DNA of 47,051 bases, from positions 1 through 47,051 of IMG/VR virus record IMGVR_UViG_3300025782_000021; one strand, 5' to 3'. The translations under genes and the position numbers were made by a program. Positions within the stretch are counted from its first letter, which is position 1; the number at the start of each line of letters is the position of its first letter. Below are positions 7,895-17,626 of the stretch, piece by piece. This DNA comes from a virus. Its lineage: Duplodnaviria; Caudoviricetes. Under the pieces are notes generated by a model. It was not told the DNA's origin. It saw only the letters and a list, made by a program, of their open reading frames with translations, and did not search any database.

Positions 7895-9643
7895 TTAGTC
7901 GTCGCACAAAGTGATTAATTGTGTATCTCTTAGTTGAGAATAAATACTTGATGTTGTATAAATTACTTGAACATAGTAAGTGCCTTGAGCGTAAAAAGCT
8001 CTAGACGATGTAAATGTAAAAGTGTAATTTCCACTAACAGAAGAAGTTTGTGTTCCAAGACTTTCAAGAACAGGCAAACTATTTGAATTTGCTAAACCAT
8101 CAGTACCACAAATGTTTACTTGAACCGAATCGCCAGTTGCATAAGAATACCCATTGACTTGAACATTGGTTATTTTTTTAACTTGAATTGGTAATTTGTA
8201 GTACGCCGTAATTGTTCCAGCCGTACTTGTGAAATTTAATGTACCAGGAGAAATAGTTACTTTTGCAGCATCAGTTGTGCTTAACCAAGTATCTAATGGA
8301 AAATAACTTATATACCGACCTTTAAGACTAGGCCAAGTATTAAAGTTTTGCTGTATGTAAGAAGTAACAGTATTACCAGTAAATGTATTATATTGTTGTG
8401 GGTCAAACGCATATCCAGAAACAAAAGTTTTGGTTAAATTGTAATTGCCAACAAAACTGTTTTGTTTCATTGCGGTTGAGCCGCTTGCATCGGAAGATGA
8501 ATTATTTAAAAAATAATTTCCACTAATTAAATTTAATGAATTATTAATTGTTAGTCCGTTATAACAATTAAAAATCATATTTCCGGCAATTATGTTGTTT
8601 TGACCAGTAACATAAATGCCATCTAAATAACCAGTAACAAGATTGTTTTCAACTCTTATATCTGAAGCACCAGAAGATGTAACCATAATTCCACGCTTGT
8701 TAGTAGTGGAATAAGTAGTTGTAGATTTAATTAAATTGCAATTTGTAACTGAACAAAATTGAGAAGTGCTAAAAACAATGTTTCCATCTAAAGCAGAAGG
8801 GGTTGCTGGATTGTTAAAACAATTAGAAACATTTACTTTAATTGCCGCACCAACAAAAACCAAGTCATACCAATCACCTGTTCCAATAGATGACACTTGA
8901 TAAATGTTAGATACCGCAACATTAATACAAGCCGCTTGTTGGGAAGAATTGTCGTTTGCAACATTTACTGGTGTTAATGTGTTAACAGACCAAATGTTAT
9001 CAATTACAACATTGGCTGCATTCATTGCAAAAACGCCAAGGCCCCAACCCTGTACAGTTAAATTTCTAACCGAGGCGTTGTAAGTTGTAATGTAAGAATA
9101 ATTATTAGCAAGCAGTTCAGCAATTGTTGCATCAGTACCAACCCCTTGCTGCCCAGTCAAACTCCAAATGTTGCCGTAACCAATGTGAATAAGATTGTTA
9201 TTAGGTTCGCCAAAAGAACCAGCGTTATTTTTTATAATTGATTTAGCACCAACACCATAGAAATTGGTGTTAGATTGAACAATCACAGGTTTAGAAATAA
9301 TGTACGTACCAGCAGGAACAAACACGCTACCACCGCCAGCAGCAAAAACTGCATTTAATGCGTTTTGAATTGCGGTTGTATCGTCAGTTGTTCCATCTCC
9401 TTTTGCTCCAAAGTCTTTAACAGAAACAACTTCTTGAAGTTTTTTAGTTACAGTAGTGCTAACAGATCCTGTACCACCTTGTTCATAAGATATAAACTGA
9501 GCGTCTAAAGAAGTTCCAGGTGCAGCAGACAGCGCAACAGTTCCATCAGGAAATGTTTTGTTGTAAGCTACTTTGTTAACATCGTTTAACCAAGCAGCGT
9601 TAACTGGTGGCCCAACAAGATCTACAAAATTTGTTGAAGACAT
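7895..9643 (-). CDS. Tailspike 2, pectate-lyase-like beta-helix (putative depolymerase)
   Basis: VSVKDFGAKGDGTTDDTTAIQNA..GG.VFVPAGTY motif; Asn-rich beta-helix repeats. Confidence 0.85.
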   Translation of the reverse strand: MSSTNFVDLVGPPVNAAWLNDVNKVAYNKTFPDGTVALSAAPGTSLDAQFISYEQGGTGSVSTTVTKKLQEVVSVKDFGAKGDGTTDDTTAIQNALNAVFAAGGGSVFVPAGTYIISKPVIVQSNTNFYGVGAKSIIKNNAGSFGEPNNNLIHIGYGNIWSLTGQQGVGTDATIAELLANNYSYITTYNASVRNLTVQGWGLGVFAMNAANVVIDNIWSVNTLTPVNVANDNSSQQAACINVAVSNIYQVSSIGTGDWYDLVFVGAAIKVNVSNCFNNPATPSALDGNIVFSTSQFCSVTNCNLIKSTTTYSTTNKRGIMVTSSGASDIRVENNLVTGYLDGIYVTGQNNIIAGNMIFNCYNGLTINNSLNLISGNYFLNNSSSDASGSTAMKQNSFVGNYNLTKTFVSGYAFDPQQYNTFTGNTVTSYIQQNFNTWPSLKGRYISYFPLDTWLSTTDAAKVTISPGTLNFTSTAGTITAYYKLPIQVKKITNVQVNGYSYATGDSVQVNICGTDGLANSNSLPVLESLGTQTSSVSGNYTFTFTSSRAFYAQGTYYVQVIYTTSSIYSQLRDTQLITLCDD

Positions 9644-9652
9644 ATTTATCCT

Positions 9653-10006
9653 TTAAGTAGTTATCCAAGGCAAAGGCAATTGCTCAACAACAGGATTAAT
9701 TTGCAATGCTAAATTTGCATTAATAGCGGCTTCAGTAGCGGCTTGGTTTACTCCATTAGACCAGCACCAATCAATTACTTGGGCTTGAGTTAACTGGGCA
9801 TAGGGAATAAAAGCACCGCCAATTTGGGGTTCAGAAAACGAACAAGTGCCATAAATAGAATTGGTAAACGTCATAGGAGGTGTGGCAGTGTTTGTTTCAG
9901 TACCTGTGCAGCGCCAACCACAAGTTAAAACGACTTCGGTAAAGCCGTTAATAGTTTGAGTAGATGTATTCATCCAATCAATTGTCCAGTTGATAGTAGC
10001 TGACAT
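9653..10006 (-). CDS. Tail-fibre-associated small protein
   Basis: WTI...V....WR...FIPYAQLT..QVI.W...LPW pattern typical of genes following fibres. Confidence 0.55.
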   Translation of the reverse strand: MSATINWTIDWMNTSTQTINGFTEVVLTCGWRCTGTETNTATPPMTFTNSIYGTCSFSEPQIGGAFIPYAQLTQAQVIDWCWSNGVNQAATEAAINANLALQINPVVEQLPLPWITT

Positions 10007-10020
10007 AATTAATTTTTAAA

Positions 10021-11244
10021 TTAAGAAATTGAATAAGAATTTGAATTCATTAAACGTATATTAAACATCCAATGATTATTTGCACTGTCTTGATTGTTTG
10101 TAAAAGTAACTGTGTATGTACAAGTTGCACCAGATATAGATTGTGATGTACTAATACTAACGCAAGTATTTACCAAATTTCCCGTGTTGTAAATGTGATT
10201 TGCCCCAGAATAATCTCGTCGTCCAGCAATCCATCTTGCTTCGCCTATTTGCGATGAAGAGCTGTTACCAACAACCATTGCGGTAATTTCAAACCAATAG
10301 TTGTATGTTCCAGATACAGTTATTGTATGAGAATTACCAACTGTAAAATTTTGAGTGTATTGAACCCACCCAGTTCCAATTTGAAGCCCAGTGATATGAG
10401 AATCATTAGCAGAAGTTGCCCCCACCAATAAATTCCCGCTGGTGTCTATACGGGCACGTTCTGTATCGTTTGTTGAAATAACAAGTGGGTGATTTGTTAA
10501 TGCGCCCATTTTAACAATAGAACCACTACCAGGGTCAGCTTGCATATAAGCTGTTATGGCTGTGCCAGATGTATTGCTAACAGTAATTCTGTTGTAGTTT
10601 GCGCCACTACCTGTAAACTGAGAAATAGCACCATCTGATGCGCCTTTTGTAACGTCCAATTTACTAGAAATTGATGTTGCGCCTATACCAAAATTTCCGT
10701 TGGTATCTATCATTACTGCTTGATTAAAAGATATTGTGCCTGTACCTGCTCCTGCGTAATACCACTTGTGCGCTCCATTAGTTTGTTGATACCAAGTTGC
10801 AGCCGCATTGTTAATGTATGTCCAAGATCCGCCAGTTGAATAATAGGCATTTGTAAGAAGACCAACTTCAGTTGTTCCTGATGAATACAAAGACCCACCG
10901 ATTAGTTGAAATGCTCTATTATTGCTGGTGTTCCAAGAACTAGGTGTAATTCCCAGTCCTAAATTATTACCATCAAATACTAGCCCAGACCCCGTAGTTA
11001 GCGCACTTGTAGAGTTTGCATACACCACACCGTTAGCAGTAAAACTGGTTAACCCTGTGCCACCTGAAGTTGTTGGTAAAGGCAAACTTGTCAACGACAA
11101 CGATGCCGCACTAACAGCACGACCAGCAGTTAAGTTAGCCACGCTAACGCTATCAGTCACACCAGACTGATTGACAGGAACAATCTCACTGCCCGACAAC
11201 GGGGTGGTTGCTGAACTTAAAGCTGATATTTTTGTGTTAGCCAT
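10021..11244 (-). CDS. Tail fibre protein
   Basis: MANTKISAL N-terminus, GGTG motif, GNLGLG/GNFGIG and ERARIDTSGNLLVG fibre repeats. Confidence 0.75.
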   Translation of the reverse strand: MANTKISALSSATTPLSGSEIVPVNQSGVTDSVSVANLTAGRAVSAASLSLTSLPLPTTSGGTGLTSFTANGVVYANSTSALTTGSGLVFDGNNLGLGITPSSWNTSNNRAFQLIGGSLYSSGTTEVGLLTNAYYSTGGSWTYINNAAATWYQQTNGAHKWYYAGAGTGTISFNQAVMIDTNGNFGIGATSISSKLDVTKGASDGAISQFTGSGANYNRITVSNTSGTAITAYMQADPGSGSIVKMGALTNHPLVISTNDTERARIDTSGNLLVGATSANDSHITGLQIGTGWVQYTQNFTVGNSHTITVSGTYNYWFEITAMVVGNSSSSQIGEARWIAGRRDYSGANHIYNTGNLVNTCVSISTSQSISGATCTYTVTFTNNQDSANNHWMFNIRLMNSNSYSIS

Positions 11245-11271
11245 GTTTATAACCGCACAATAATTTATCTT

Positions 11272-12876
11272 TTATGCGTTGTAATAAGGAATTGCAATTT
11301 TTGTTGTACCAATGTAACCAACAAGATAACCAAGCGGAGTTGCGGGAAGGGAACTTGCGCCGCCAGCAGAGCCAACTGTTGATTGTTGGGTATTCCCCAA
11401 AGCCAATGTGTTAGTTGGCGCAATTCCAGCAGGTGATTTAAACCAAGTTCCATTAGCAGATGTAGATCTCAAAACTTCTACGCCCTTTACACGCATTGTG
11501 CAATATCCTGCTCCACTAGAAGAAGCTGCATCTATAGTAGCCTCGACGTTAGCCACAGCACCAAATTTTGCAATAATGTCGTTGCCCCGCCACAATTGAA
11601 ACATGGGGCTACTGACACCAGTACTATCATCCGTACTTACAAGATTAAAAGTTGGGGATTTGCTTCCATTAACTAAATTACTTAAATGCGAACCACCGCC
11701 TGCAACAATGTTTGCAACATCAGTTGAAAACGATTGGCTATCAACAACAATTGGAGCATTGATTTGGCAATTTTCAGTAAGAATTCCATCGTACAAAACT
11801 GCATAAACAGAACCGTAAGAAGAAGTCCAACGCAAGCCAGCGGTAGGCGAACCAGCAACTGGGCCAACACTTACGTTGACAAGTTTTACTCCAATAATGT
11901 TACCTTTAAAATAAATCCCTGTTCCCGCATTAAGTAAGTTAACAGTCATGGTGTCAAATGACACAGTTTCAGTTGGATTTGATGCGCCACCAAGAGAGAT
12001 ATTTTCGTATGTTGGTGGGTTAGAGTAACCATTTGCTTCTACATATATACCTGTTCCATTAAACAATGAAACATTTGTTGATACATACAAACCGCCAGAG
12101 CCACCTTGATTTGATTGAACAATCAAACCTTGTTTGCCATTATTTTCAATACCGCCTGTTAATGTAATAGTGTTGCCAGATAACACTTGAACACCAATGC
12201 CAACATTGTTATCAACTTCAACTTGCCAATATGTATTATTGGCTTCGTTATCCATACGCAAACCATCGCCTGAGTTATTGTGTATACGCATACCATATAC
12301 ATTGACAGACCAACCTCTCCAGTGCTGATGGCCTGTCACTAAAGTGTTTGTAATAATTACATCACGAATAAAATTTTCAGAAATAGCAACGCTTGTAAAT
12401 AAACCAATGTTTGCTAAAGAATTACCATCAATTGTAATACCCGCAATACTAATGTTATTTAATACAGCAGCAATGTTTGAATCATCACTTGTGTATTGGC
12501 ATCTAATTAACTTGTTTACCGCACTACGAGCTTTGATTGTTACGCCACCAGAACCTGCGCCATACAATGCAGTTCCATTAGTTCCAATCCATAAACTCGT
12601 TACAGAATAAGTGCCAATCGGAAAATAAACGCTAGTTGAGGCATTAATAGCTGCTTGAATAGCAGCCGTGTCATCAGTTGTGCCATTACCAGTAGCGCCA
12701 AAGTCTTTGACGCTAACAACCTCTTGCAACTTAGCTCGAACCGTAGTCGTTACTGCGCCTGTACCGCTAGGCGTATAAGCAACTGTTGAAGAGTTGTCGT
12801 TATACGTTTTAGTGTTAACGTCATTAAGCCAAGTGGAGGCAATTACTGTCCCACTTGTAAAAGTCGTTGAGGACAT
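11272..12876 (-). CDS. Tailspike 1, pectate-lyase-like beta-helix (putative depolymerase)
   Basis: VSVKDFGATGNGTTDDTAAIQAA..VYFPIGTY motif; beta-helix repeats. Confidence 0.85.
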   Translation of the reverse strand: MSSTTFTSGTVIASTWLNDVNTKTYNDNSSTVAYTPSGTGAVTTTVRAKLQEVVSVKDFGATGNGTTDDTAAIQAAINASTSVYFPIGTYSVTSLWIGTNGTALYGAGSGGVTIKARSAVNKLIRCQYTSDDSNIAAVLNNISIAGITIDGNSLANIGLFTSVAISENFIRDVIITNTLVTGHQHWRGWSVNVYGMRIHNNSGDGLRMDNEANNTYWQVEVDNNVGIGVQVLSGNTITLTGGIENNGKQGLIVQSNQGGSGGLYVSTNVSLFNGTGIYVEANGYSNPPTYENISLGGASNPTETVSFDTMTVNLLNAGTGIYFKGNIIGVKLVNVSVGPVAGSPTAGLRWTSSYGSVYAVLYDGILTENCQINAPIVVDSQSFSTDVANIVAGGGSHLSNLVNGSKSPTFNLVSTDDSTGVSSPMFQLWRGNDIIAKFGAVANVEATIDAASSSGAGYCTMRVKGVEVLRSTSANGTWFKSPAGIAPTNTLALGNTQQSTVGSAGGASSLPATPLGYLVGYIGTTKIAIPYYNA

Positions 12877-12888
12877 ACCAACCCCTTA

Positions 12889-13251
12889 TTAAACGCCCAT
12901 GATCACTTGGACAGTAGCACTAGTACCCGAAATAGCAGTAACGTTAGCACGAACATAACGCCAAGTACTAACAGATGTGTATCCATCAGTAGCGGTAGTT
13001 GTACCACTCAGCGTGAAGGTATTGATAGTTACCCAGTTAGAGTTAGTACCGTTGTAGGTAGCATCCTCATTAGAGCCTTGCATTACAACAGTAGCACCAA
13101 CAGTACCAGTACCAGTCACAATAGCTTGGAAGGTACTCCAAGGACTTTCTTTGTAGATAGGTGAAGAGGCTGCAGTTGTAGTAGTAGAGTTAACACCACT
13201 AAAAGCAAAGTAACGTGGTTGTTCGCCACTCTTAATTTTTACGTCAGACAT
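12889..13251 (-). CDS. Putative virion structural protein (beta-rich)
   Basis: Thr/Ser/Val-rich 120 aa, WRYVRA motif, late operon. Confidence 0.55.
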   Translation of the reverse strand: MSDVKIKSGEQPRYFAFSGVNSTTTTAASSPIYKESPWSTFQAIVTGTGTVGATVVMQGSNEDATYNGTNSNWVTINTFTLSGTTTATDGYTSVSTWRYVRANVTAISGTSATVQVIMGV

Positions 13252-13252
13252 T

Positions 13253-13630
13253 TCATACTCCCATTTTGCTGATGTCTAGCACAATGAAGAATGATCCTGT
13301 ACCTTTGAATACCATATCAATCTCGTGACCAATAAGCCCACCTACCCAACCTAGATCAATCTTGCTACGACCTTCCAAAGGAAGAACGTAAGGTTGATTA
13401 CGATAGGAGAGCATAACCTTCAATCCAGACTCAACCATGAATACAGTTGAGTCCAAACGAATGTTAGATGGACTACCAGATAACCGACTGATGTCTATAG
13501 CATCGAATACAGAATCATCCTCATGCTCAATAGTACCTGTTACTAGTAACACAATGTTCTTACCACCATCGGCAGCAATAGACACCGTGATAGTGTCACC
13601 AGTTTTTTCATGTACTAATTGTTTGTGCAT
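13253..13630 (-). CDS. Hypothetical protein (late operon)
   Basis: 125 aa ORF tightly packed between late genes. Confidence 0.55.
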   Translation of the reverse strand: MHKQLVHEKTGDTITVSIAADGGKNIVLLVTGTIEHEDDSVFDAIDISRLSGSPSNIRLDSTVFMVESGLKVMLSYRNQPYVLPLEGRSKIDLGWVGGLIGHEIDMVFKGTGSFFIVLDISKMGV

Positions 13631-13646
13631 CGTTGTTTACTTTTAA

Positions 13647-14372
13647 TTAACGCAGAACTTCTTGGCAAGCCAACACAAAGTCAGTAGTCAAAGTGTCAGT
13701 AGCTGTAGGAGTAATTTGGAACACTGGAGCAATTAAAGCATTGGTCAGAGTAGTACCAGAAGAACCAATAGTAGGTGCAGAGATACGAGCAATAGGACCC
13801 ATGCCAGAAGTAGAACTGCCAGAGAACACAATCATGTCAGTGCCATCGTAGTAAAAAGCCAACTCAACAAAAGTACCTGCAACAGCAGTAGCAACACCAG
13901 TTACCAAAGTAGTAGCAGTACCATTAACGGTAGACACCAAGTTAATAGAAGTAGAAGAAGCAGCTTTAGCAAACCACAATCCATCGTTAGTAGATGAACC
14001 AGCTTGCAAACCAGCGTAAAAAGACACGCTACCAGCAACAGCAGAAGCTTTAATGCGAGTAGTAAACCAAGCACGATTACCAGCGGTAAACTGAAAGAAT
14101 TGACCGTTCTTGTAAGCAGAGCTAGCAGTAGTAGTGCCACCAGGAGTCAAGACAGCCAAGCCACCAATGCCAGCAGTCAAAGCAAAAGTAGAGCTAGTAC
14201 CAGTGACAGTGTAGTCAGTACCAATCAAGGTATTGAAATCATTTACATAGGTAGAACTGCCCAACTGTTGAGTGCTACCAGTGTGGAAAGGATCAGGGAA
14301 GGGGAATGAGTACAGAGGCTCGTTAACGTATGCAGTAGAAAGACCTGCATAGAGGCGGGTAGGATTAGACAT
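13647..14372 (-). CDS. Putative virion structural protein (lectin-like, beta-rich)
   Basis: T/S/G/A-rich; AAAGGA RBS before MSNPTRL; two genes downstream of the capsid gene. Confidence 0.6.
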   Translation of the reverse strand: MSNPTRLYAGLSTAYVNEPLYSFPFPDPFHTGSTQQLGSSTYVNDFNTLIGTDYTVTGTSSTFALTAGIGGLAVLTPGGTTTASSAYKNGQFFQFTAGNRAWFTTRIKASAVAGSVSFYAGLQAGSSTNDGLWFAKAASSTSINLVSTVNGTATTLVTGVATAVAGTFVELAFYYDGTDMIVFSGSSTSGMGPIARISAPTIGSSGTTLTNALIAPVFQITPTATDTLTTDFVLACQEVLR

Positions 14373-14393
14373 GATAAGTTCCTTTGACGTTGT

Positions 14394-14420
14394 ATAAAAC
14401 AACGCCCAATTAAGGGCGTC
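14394..14420 (-). terminator. Intrinsic terminator-like hairpin GACGCCC-TTAATT-GGGCGTT + T-tract
   Basis: Inverted repeat followed by T-run on the - strand. Confidence 0.6.
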
Positions 14421-14440
14421 ATTGGAAGACTAGATTCTAC

Positions 14441-14575
14441 TTACATTTTCTTTTTAGTCATAGTCTTTTTTGCAGTCATTTTTTTGGCTGCAGTCATCTT
14501 TTTCTTTTGTTCACCTTCAGCTTTAACTTTAGGTTCAGGCTTTTGGCCCATTTCTTTGCGCTTTTCGTAACCCAT
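14441..14575 (-). CDS. Small Lys-rich basic protein (44 aa, below the ORF track size cut-off)
   Basis: Hand translation MGYEKRKEMGQKPEPKVKAEGEQKKKMTAAKKMTAKKTMTKKKM; GGAG RBS. Confidence 0.75.
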   Translation of the reverse strand: MGYEKRKEMGQKPEPKVKAEGEQKKKMTAAKKMTAKKTMTKKKM

Positions 14576-14593
14576 GATAAATCTCCAATTAGA

Positions 14594-14621
14594 TAAAAGA
14601 AACCCCCCAATTAAGGGGGGT
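14594..14621 (-). terminator. Intrinsic terminator after the major capsid gene
   Basis: ACCCCCC-TTAATT-GGGGGGT followed by TTCTTTT on the - strand. Confidence 0.8.
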
Positions 14622-14639
14622 AGTTGTTACTAGTAACAA

Positions 14640-15560
14640 TTAGGGACCGTTAGAACCCCACACAGCACGAGGATCAGACCAGCCAAAGCTGTAACGTTCG
14701 TAACCCTTAGCTTTAACGTTCAGGGTGTCGAAGTCATTGTCTTGATCGAACATGATGGCGTGACGTTCGTAATACTTCATACCAGTGCCACCAGGGATGG
14801 TGTTACGGATAAACCAAGCGTGGGGCGAGGTGAAGTAGTGGTTCACTTTGAAGCCACCTGGGAGGTAGTTGCCAGATTTGATGACGTTGATGTCATTGTT
14901 GGCATTACCAGTTTGGTAGCTAGAGTGCAGGATGCGTTGAGCATTAAACACTTCTTGACGAGCGATGTGCAAGTCTTTAGGTTGAATAGCAACCAACAGA
15001 CCACGGTCATTTTGCAGACCCATGATAGCGATCACTGCATCTTCCAAAGCTGCTTCAGACAAGTCAACGTCAACGGTAGGCTTGTTAGCAAAAGTACCGC
15101 CAGTGGTATTGGGGTGAGCAGTGGAGCACAAAGCAACACCGTCACCACCAGTATAAGTACCATTGAAAGCACGGTTGTAAACGTTAGCAGCAACGTTTTC
15201 TTTCGTTTGACGGAAAGACATAGCCAAAGCTGCAGCACGTTTCTTAGACACTTGTTCGTACAAGTTGTCGTCCATTTCTTCCTTGGTCACGATATAACCC
15301 ATTGCGTAAGCAACGTGTGTATAACGAGTAATGAAGCCTTGGATTTCGGAATCGTACTGAACGCCAGCGCCTTGTTCCTTAACGGGAACCAGACCAAAGC
15401 CAGTCAGTTGAACGTCTTCTTCGTAGTTTTGAGTAGAAGTGTCTTTGTCAAACAAGTTGACGTACTCTTCAGGATGCTCATTATAGGTTTGACCCCACCA
15501 AGCTTTGACACCAGGCCAAAGAGCTTTTGGGTGCGAACCCGTAGTAATTACACCAGCCAT
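14640..15560 (-). CDS. Major capsid protein (Mu gpT-like family)
   Basis: 306 aa; T.E..DDNLY, G.DGVAL.S.AHP and ERYSFGWSDPR motifs; strong RBS and downstream terminator. Confidence 0.88.
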   Translation of the reverse strand: MAGVITTGSHPKALWPGVKAWWGQTYNEHPEEYVNLFDKDTSTQNYEEDVQLTGFGLVPVKEQGAGVQYDSEIQGFITRYTHVAYAMGYIVTKEEMDDNLYEQVSKKRAAALAMSFRQTKENVAANVYNRAFNGTYTGGDGVALCSTAHPNTTGGTFANKPTVDVDLSEAALEDAVIAIMGLQNDRGLLVAIQPKDLHIARQEVFNAQRILHSSYQTGNANNDINVIKSGNYLPGGFKVNHYFTSPHAWFIRNTIPGGTGMKYYERHAIMFDQDNDFDTLNVKAKGYERYSFGWSDPRAVWGSNGP

Positions 15561-15584
15561 GTTATTTCTCCTTAGTTAATTAGA

Positions 15585-16202
15585 TTAGGCAGTACCTTGG
15601 GCTTGCTTGAAGAACGTCTTGTTCATAACAACGTTCACCTTAGCATAAGCACCAGCGGCATTGTCTTGACGTTGAGCCAAACCAATAACCGTGAAAGGCA
15701 GACCCAAAGAGCCACTGGAACCCAAAGCGGTAACAGTAGAAGCTTTGATGGTCAAGCTAGATTGTGGTGAAGATTGAGACAAGCTGTCAGCAGCAGTCCA
15801 GTTACCACCAACGTTCTTGAACACGTCAGCCAGAGCGTATGTATCAGCTTGAGCTTCAAACACAACGTTAGGATCAGTGATAACGTAGATGTAACGCAGA
15901 CCAGAAGATTGCGTCAAGTACAGTTTGCCGAGGTCAATGTTAGTACCTTGCAAGCTAACACCAGGGTCAGCAGGACGGATACCAACAATAACGCCCAAAG
16001 GCAAAGTAGCATCAGCAGTCATTTTAGTGACGTAAGCAATACCATTTGAATCTGAACCACCAGCGTACGTAACCACATCGCCAATGGCGTAGGTATTAGT
16101 AGCGTCGTTAGCCACAGCAAACAATTGGCCTTGCTCGTTATAGGCTGCACCAGTCACAGTACCGACTGGAGACAGACCACGAGGGCGAGAAACGTTAGCC
16201 AT
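15585..16202 (-). CDS. Putative capsid decoration / minor head protein
   Basis: MAN...PRGL.PV, IGDVV and DP.VVFEAQ pattern; directly upstream of the capsid gene. Confidence 0.6.
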   Translation of the reverse strand: MANVSRPRGLSPVGTVTGAAYNEQGQLFAVANDATNTYAIGDVVTYAGGSDSNGIAYVTKMTADATLPLGVIVGIRPADPGVSLQGTNIDLGKLYLTQSSGLRYIYVITDPNVVFEAQADTYALADVFKNVGGNWTAADSLSQSSPQSSLTIKASTVTALGSSGSLGLPFTVIGLAQRQDNAAGAYAKVNVVMNKTFFKQAQGTA

Positions 16203-16220
16203 TTAAGACTCCTTTAAAAA

Positions 16221-16736
16221 TTAAGAAACTTTAATACCACCTTGGGGTACATAGAAACCTTCAGTGTTTCCAGTAATCTTCCCAGAACGAATACTAGCGT
16301 CAATCATATTATTCTTAGCTTGAAGTTCGGCTTGATCTTCCTCATACCATTCTTGCCGGATCTTCATAAGATAACCGTATTGCTCAGAACCCTCTGCACG
16401 AGGATTTACCAAGTATCGAATCCTATCTCCGAGGTCGCCGTTACGACTAACCACATTCTCACTTACACCACCTACTTCAGTTGGGGTAACAAACTCATAG
16501 CCACTTTCCATAGCCTCATGAATACGACCACCAGTATCAGTAAAGATGTGGAGGTGGTATCCAGGGATATGTTCTCTAACACTTAATTTAACTTCAGTTC
16601 CGTTAAATACGTTACGGCGTTTACGAGTCGCACCATCACTAGCGGGAGTGGGTTTAGCTGAACTATCTTTTTGTTGGCTCAAACGGGCATTTTGCCGTTC
16701 AACTTTTTCTTCATAAGTCAAAGCACGGGGCATCAT
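16221..16736 (-). CDS. Conserved head-module hypothetical protein
   Basis: PGY..H.F.D..GRI....GYEFV...YLMKI..EWYEEDQ; AAGGAG RBS. Confidence 0.65.
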   Translation of the reverse strand: MMPRALTYEEKVERQNARLSQQKDSSAKPTPASDGATRKRRNVFNGTEVKLSVREHIPGYHLHIFTDTGGRIHEAMESGYEFVTPTEVGGVSENVVSRNGDLGDRIRYLVNPRAEGSEQYGYLMKIRQEWYEEDQAELQAKNNMIDASIRSGKITGNTEGFYVPQGGIKVS

Positions 16737-16756
16737 ATTCTCCTTTAAATATAAAA

Positions 16757-17593
16757 TCAATTCCAGTCGTAATCAGCGAGGTACTGTTCACGGGTCATAA
16801 GCTTTTGTTTTACGAACCGATCACATGCAGCCTTAGCTTCAGCAGGTAAGTTGTCATAGCTTTGGGCACTACCTGCAGCACCCCGAGTTTGACGACCTGA
16901 ACCTGATTCGACCCGACTAGCTGGAGTTTGTTTCTTACCAAATCGTTGGGGAAACTCTTCTGCCAATGCTTCGTCTAACTTTTCAAGAAAAGGCTCTCCC
17001 TTAAGGTTAGGGAACTCTAGTCTTAGGCTTTCTCCAATGCCATTAGCAATACTGGTCATACGGCGATCCTGACCAAACCAAGTGTTCTTATCTAACCAGT
17101 TTTGCAGACCTGGGTCTGTAACTTGGGTAGGAGCTTCTGGTGTAGTAGGTGCTTTCTCAGCATCTTTAGCGGCTTGCTTTGCTTCTTTAAACTCTTCTTT
17201 GGCAGCATCCAAAGCATCATCTAAAGCATTTACTTTCTGTCCGTCACCATCGCTAATAGCTTGGGCACGGGATTCTTTTATCTCTTTAATACGATTCTCG
17301 TATTCCTGGGCCTTACGTTCATAAGCATCACGTTGGAACTTTTTAAATTCCTCAGCAGCTTCTTTGAACTCCCGTAATTGTTCTTTGGTAGCGTTCAAGT
17401 CTTTAATGAGGTTCTCGTTATTCTTACGCAGAATAGGGAGGATCTCACGACCACGCTTTACAAAGACATCTGCATCTACCCAATCAGCTTCATTACCACG
17501 GAAACGTTCTTTAGGAACCCAACCTTGTGATTCAGCTTCTTGGCGAATCTCAGGTGCTACTTCGTTACTAGTAACATTTGCTTCATCACTCAT
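16757..17593 (-). CDS. Putative scaffolding protein
   Basis: Charged coiled coil, GWVPKE.F.G and W..KN.WF motifs; between portal and capsid genes. Confidence 0.7.
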   Translation of the reverse strand: MSDEANVTSNEVAPEIRQEAESQGWVPKERFRGNEADWVDADVFVKRGREILPILRKNNENLIKDLNATKEQLREFKEAAEEFKKFQRDAYERKAQEYENRIKEIKESRAQAISDGDGQKVNALDDALDAAKEEFKEAKQAAKDAEKAPTTPEAPTQVTDPGLQNWLDKNTWFGQDRRMTSIANGIGESLRLEFPNLKGEPFLEKLDEALAEEFPQRFGKKQTPASRVESGSGRQTRGAAGSAQSYDNLPAEAKAACDRFVKQKLMTREQYLADYDWN

Positions 17594-17626
17594 ATCTTAC
17601 TCCTGTGTTTATTTATTCGTCAACGA

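Noticed and set aside
14742-15575. 277-aa + strand ORF antisense to the major capsid gene
   Set aside because: Shadow ORF expected from the capsid gene's codon bias; no recognisable motifs.
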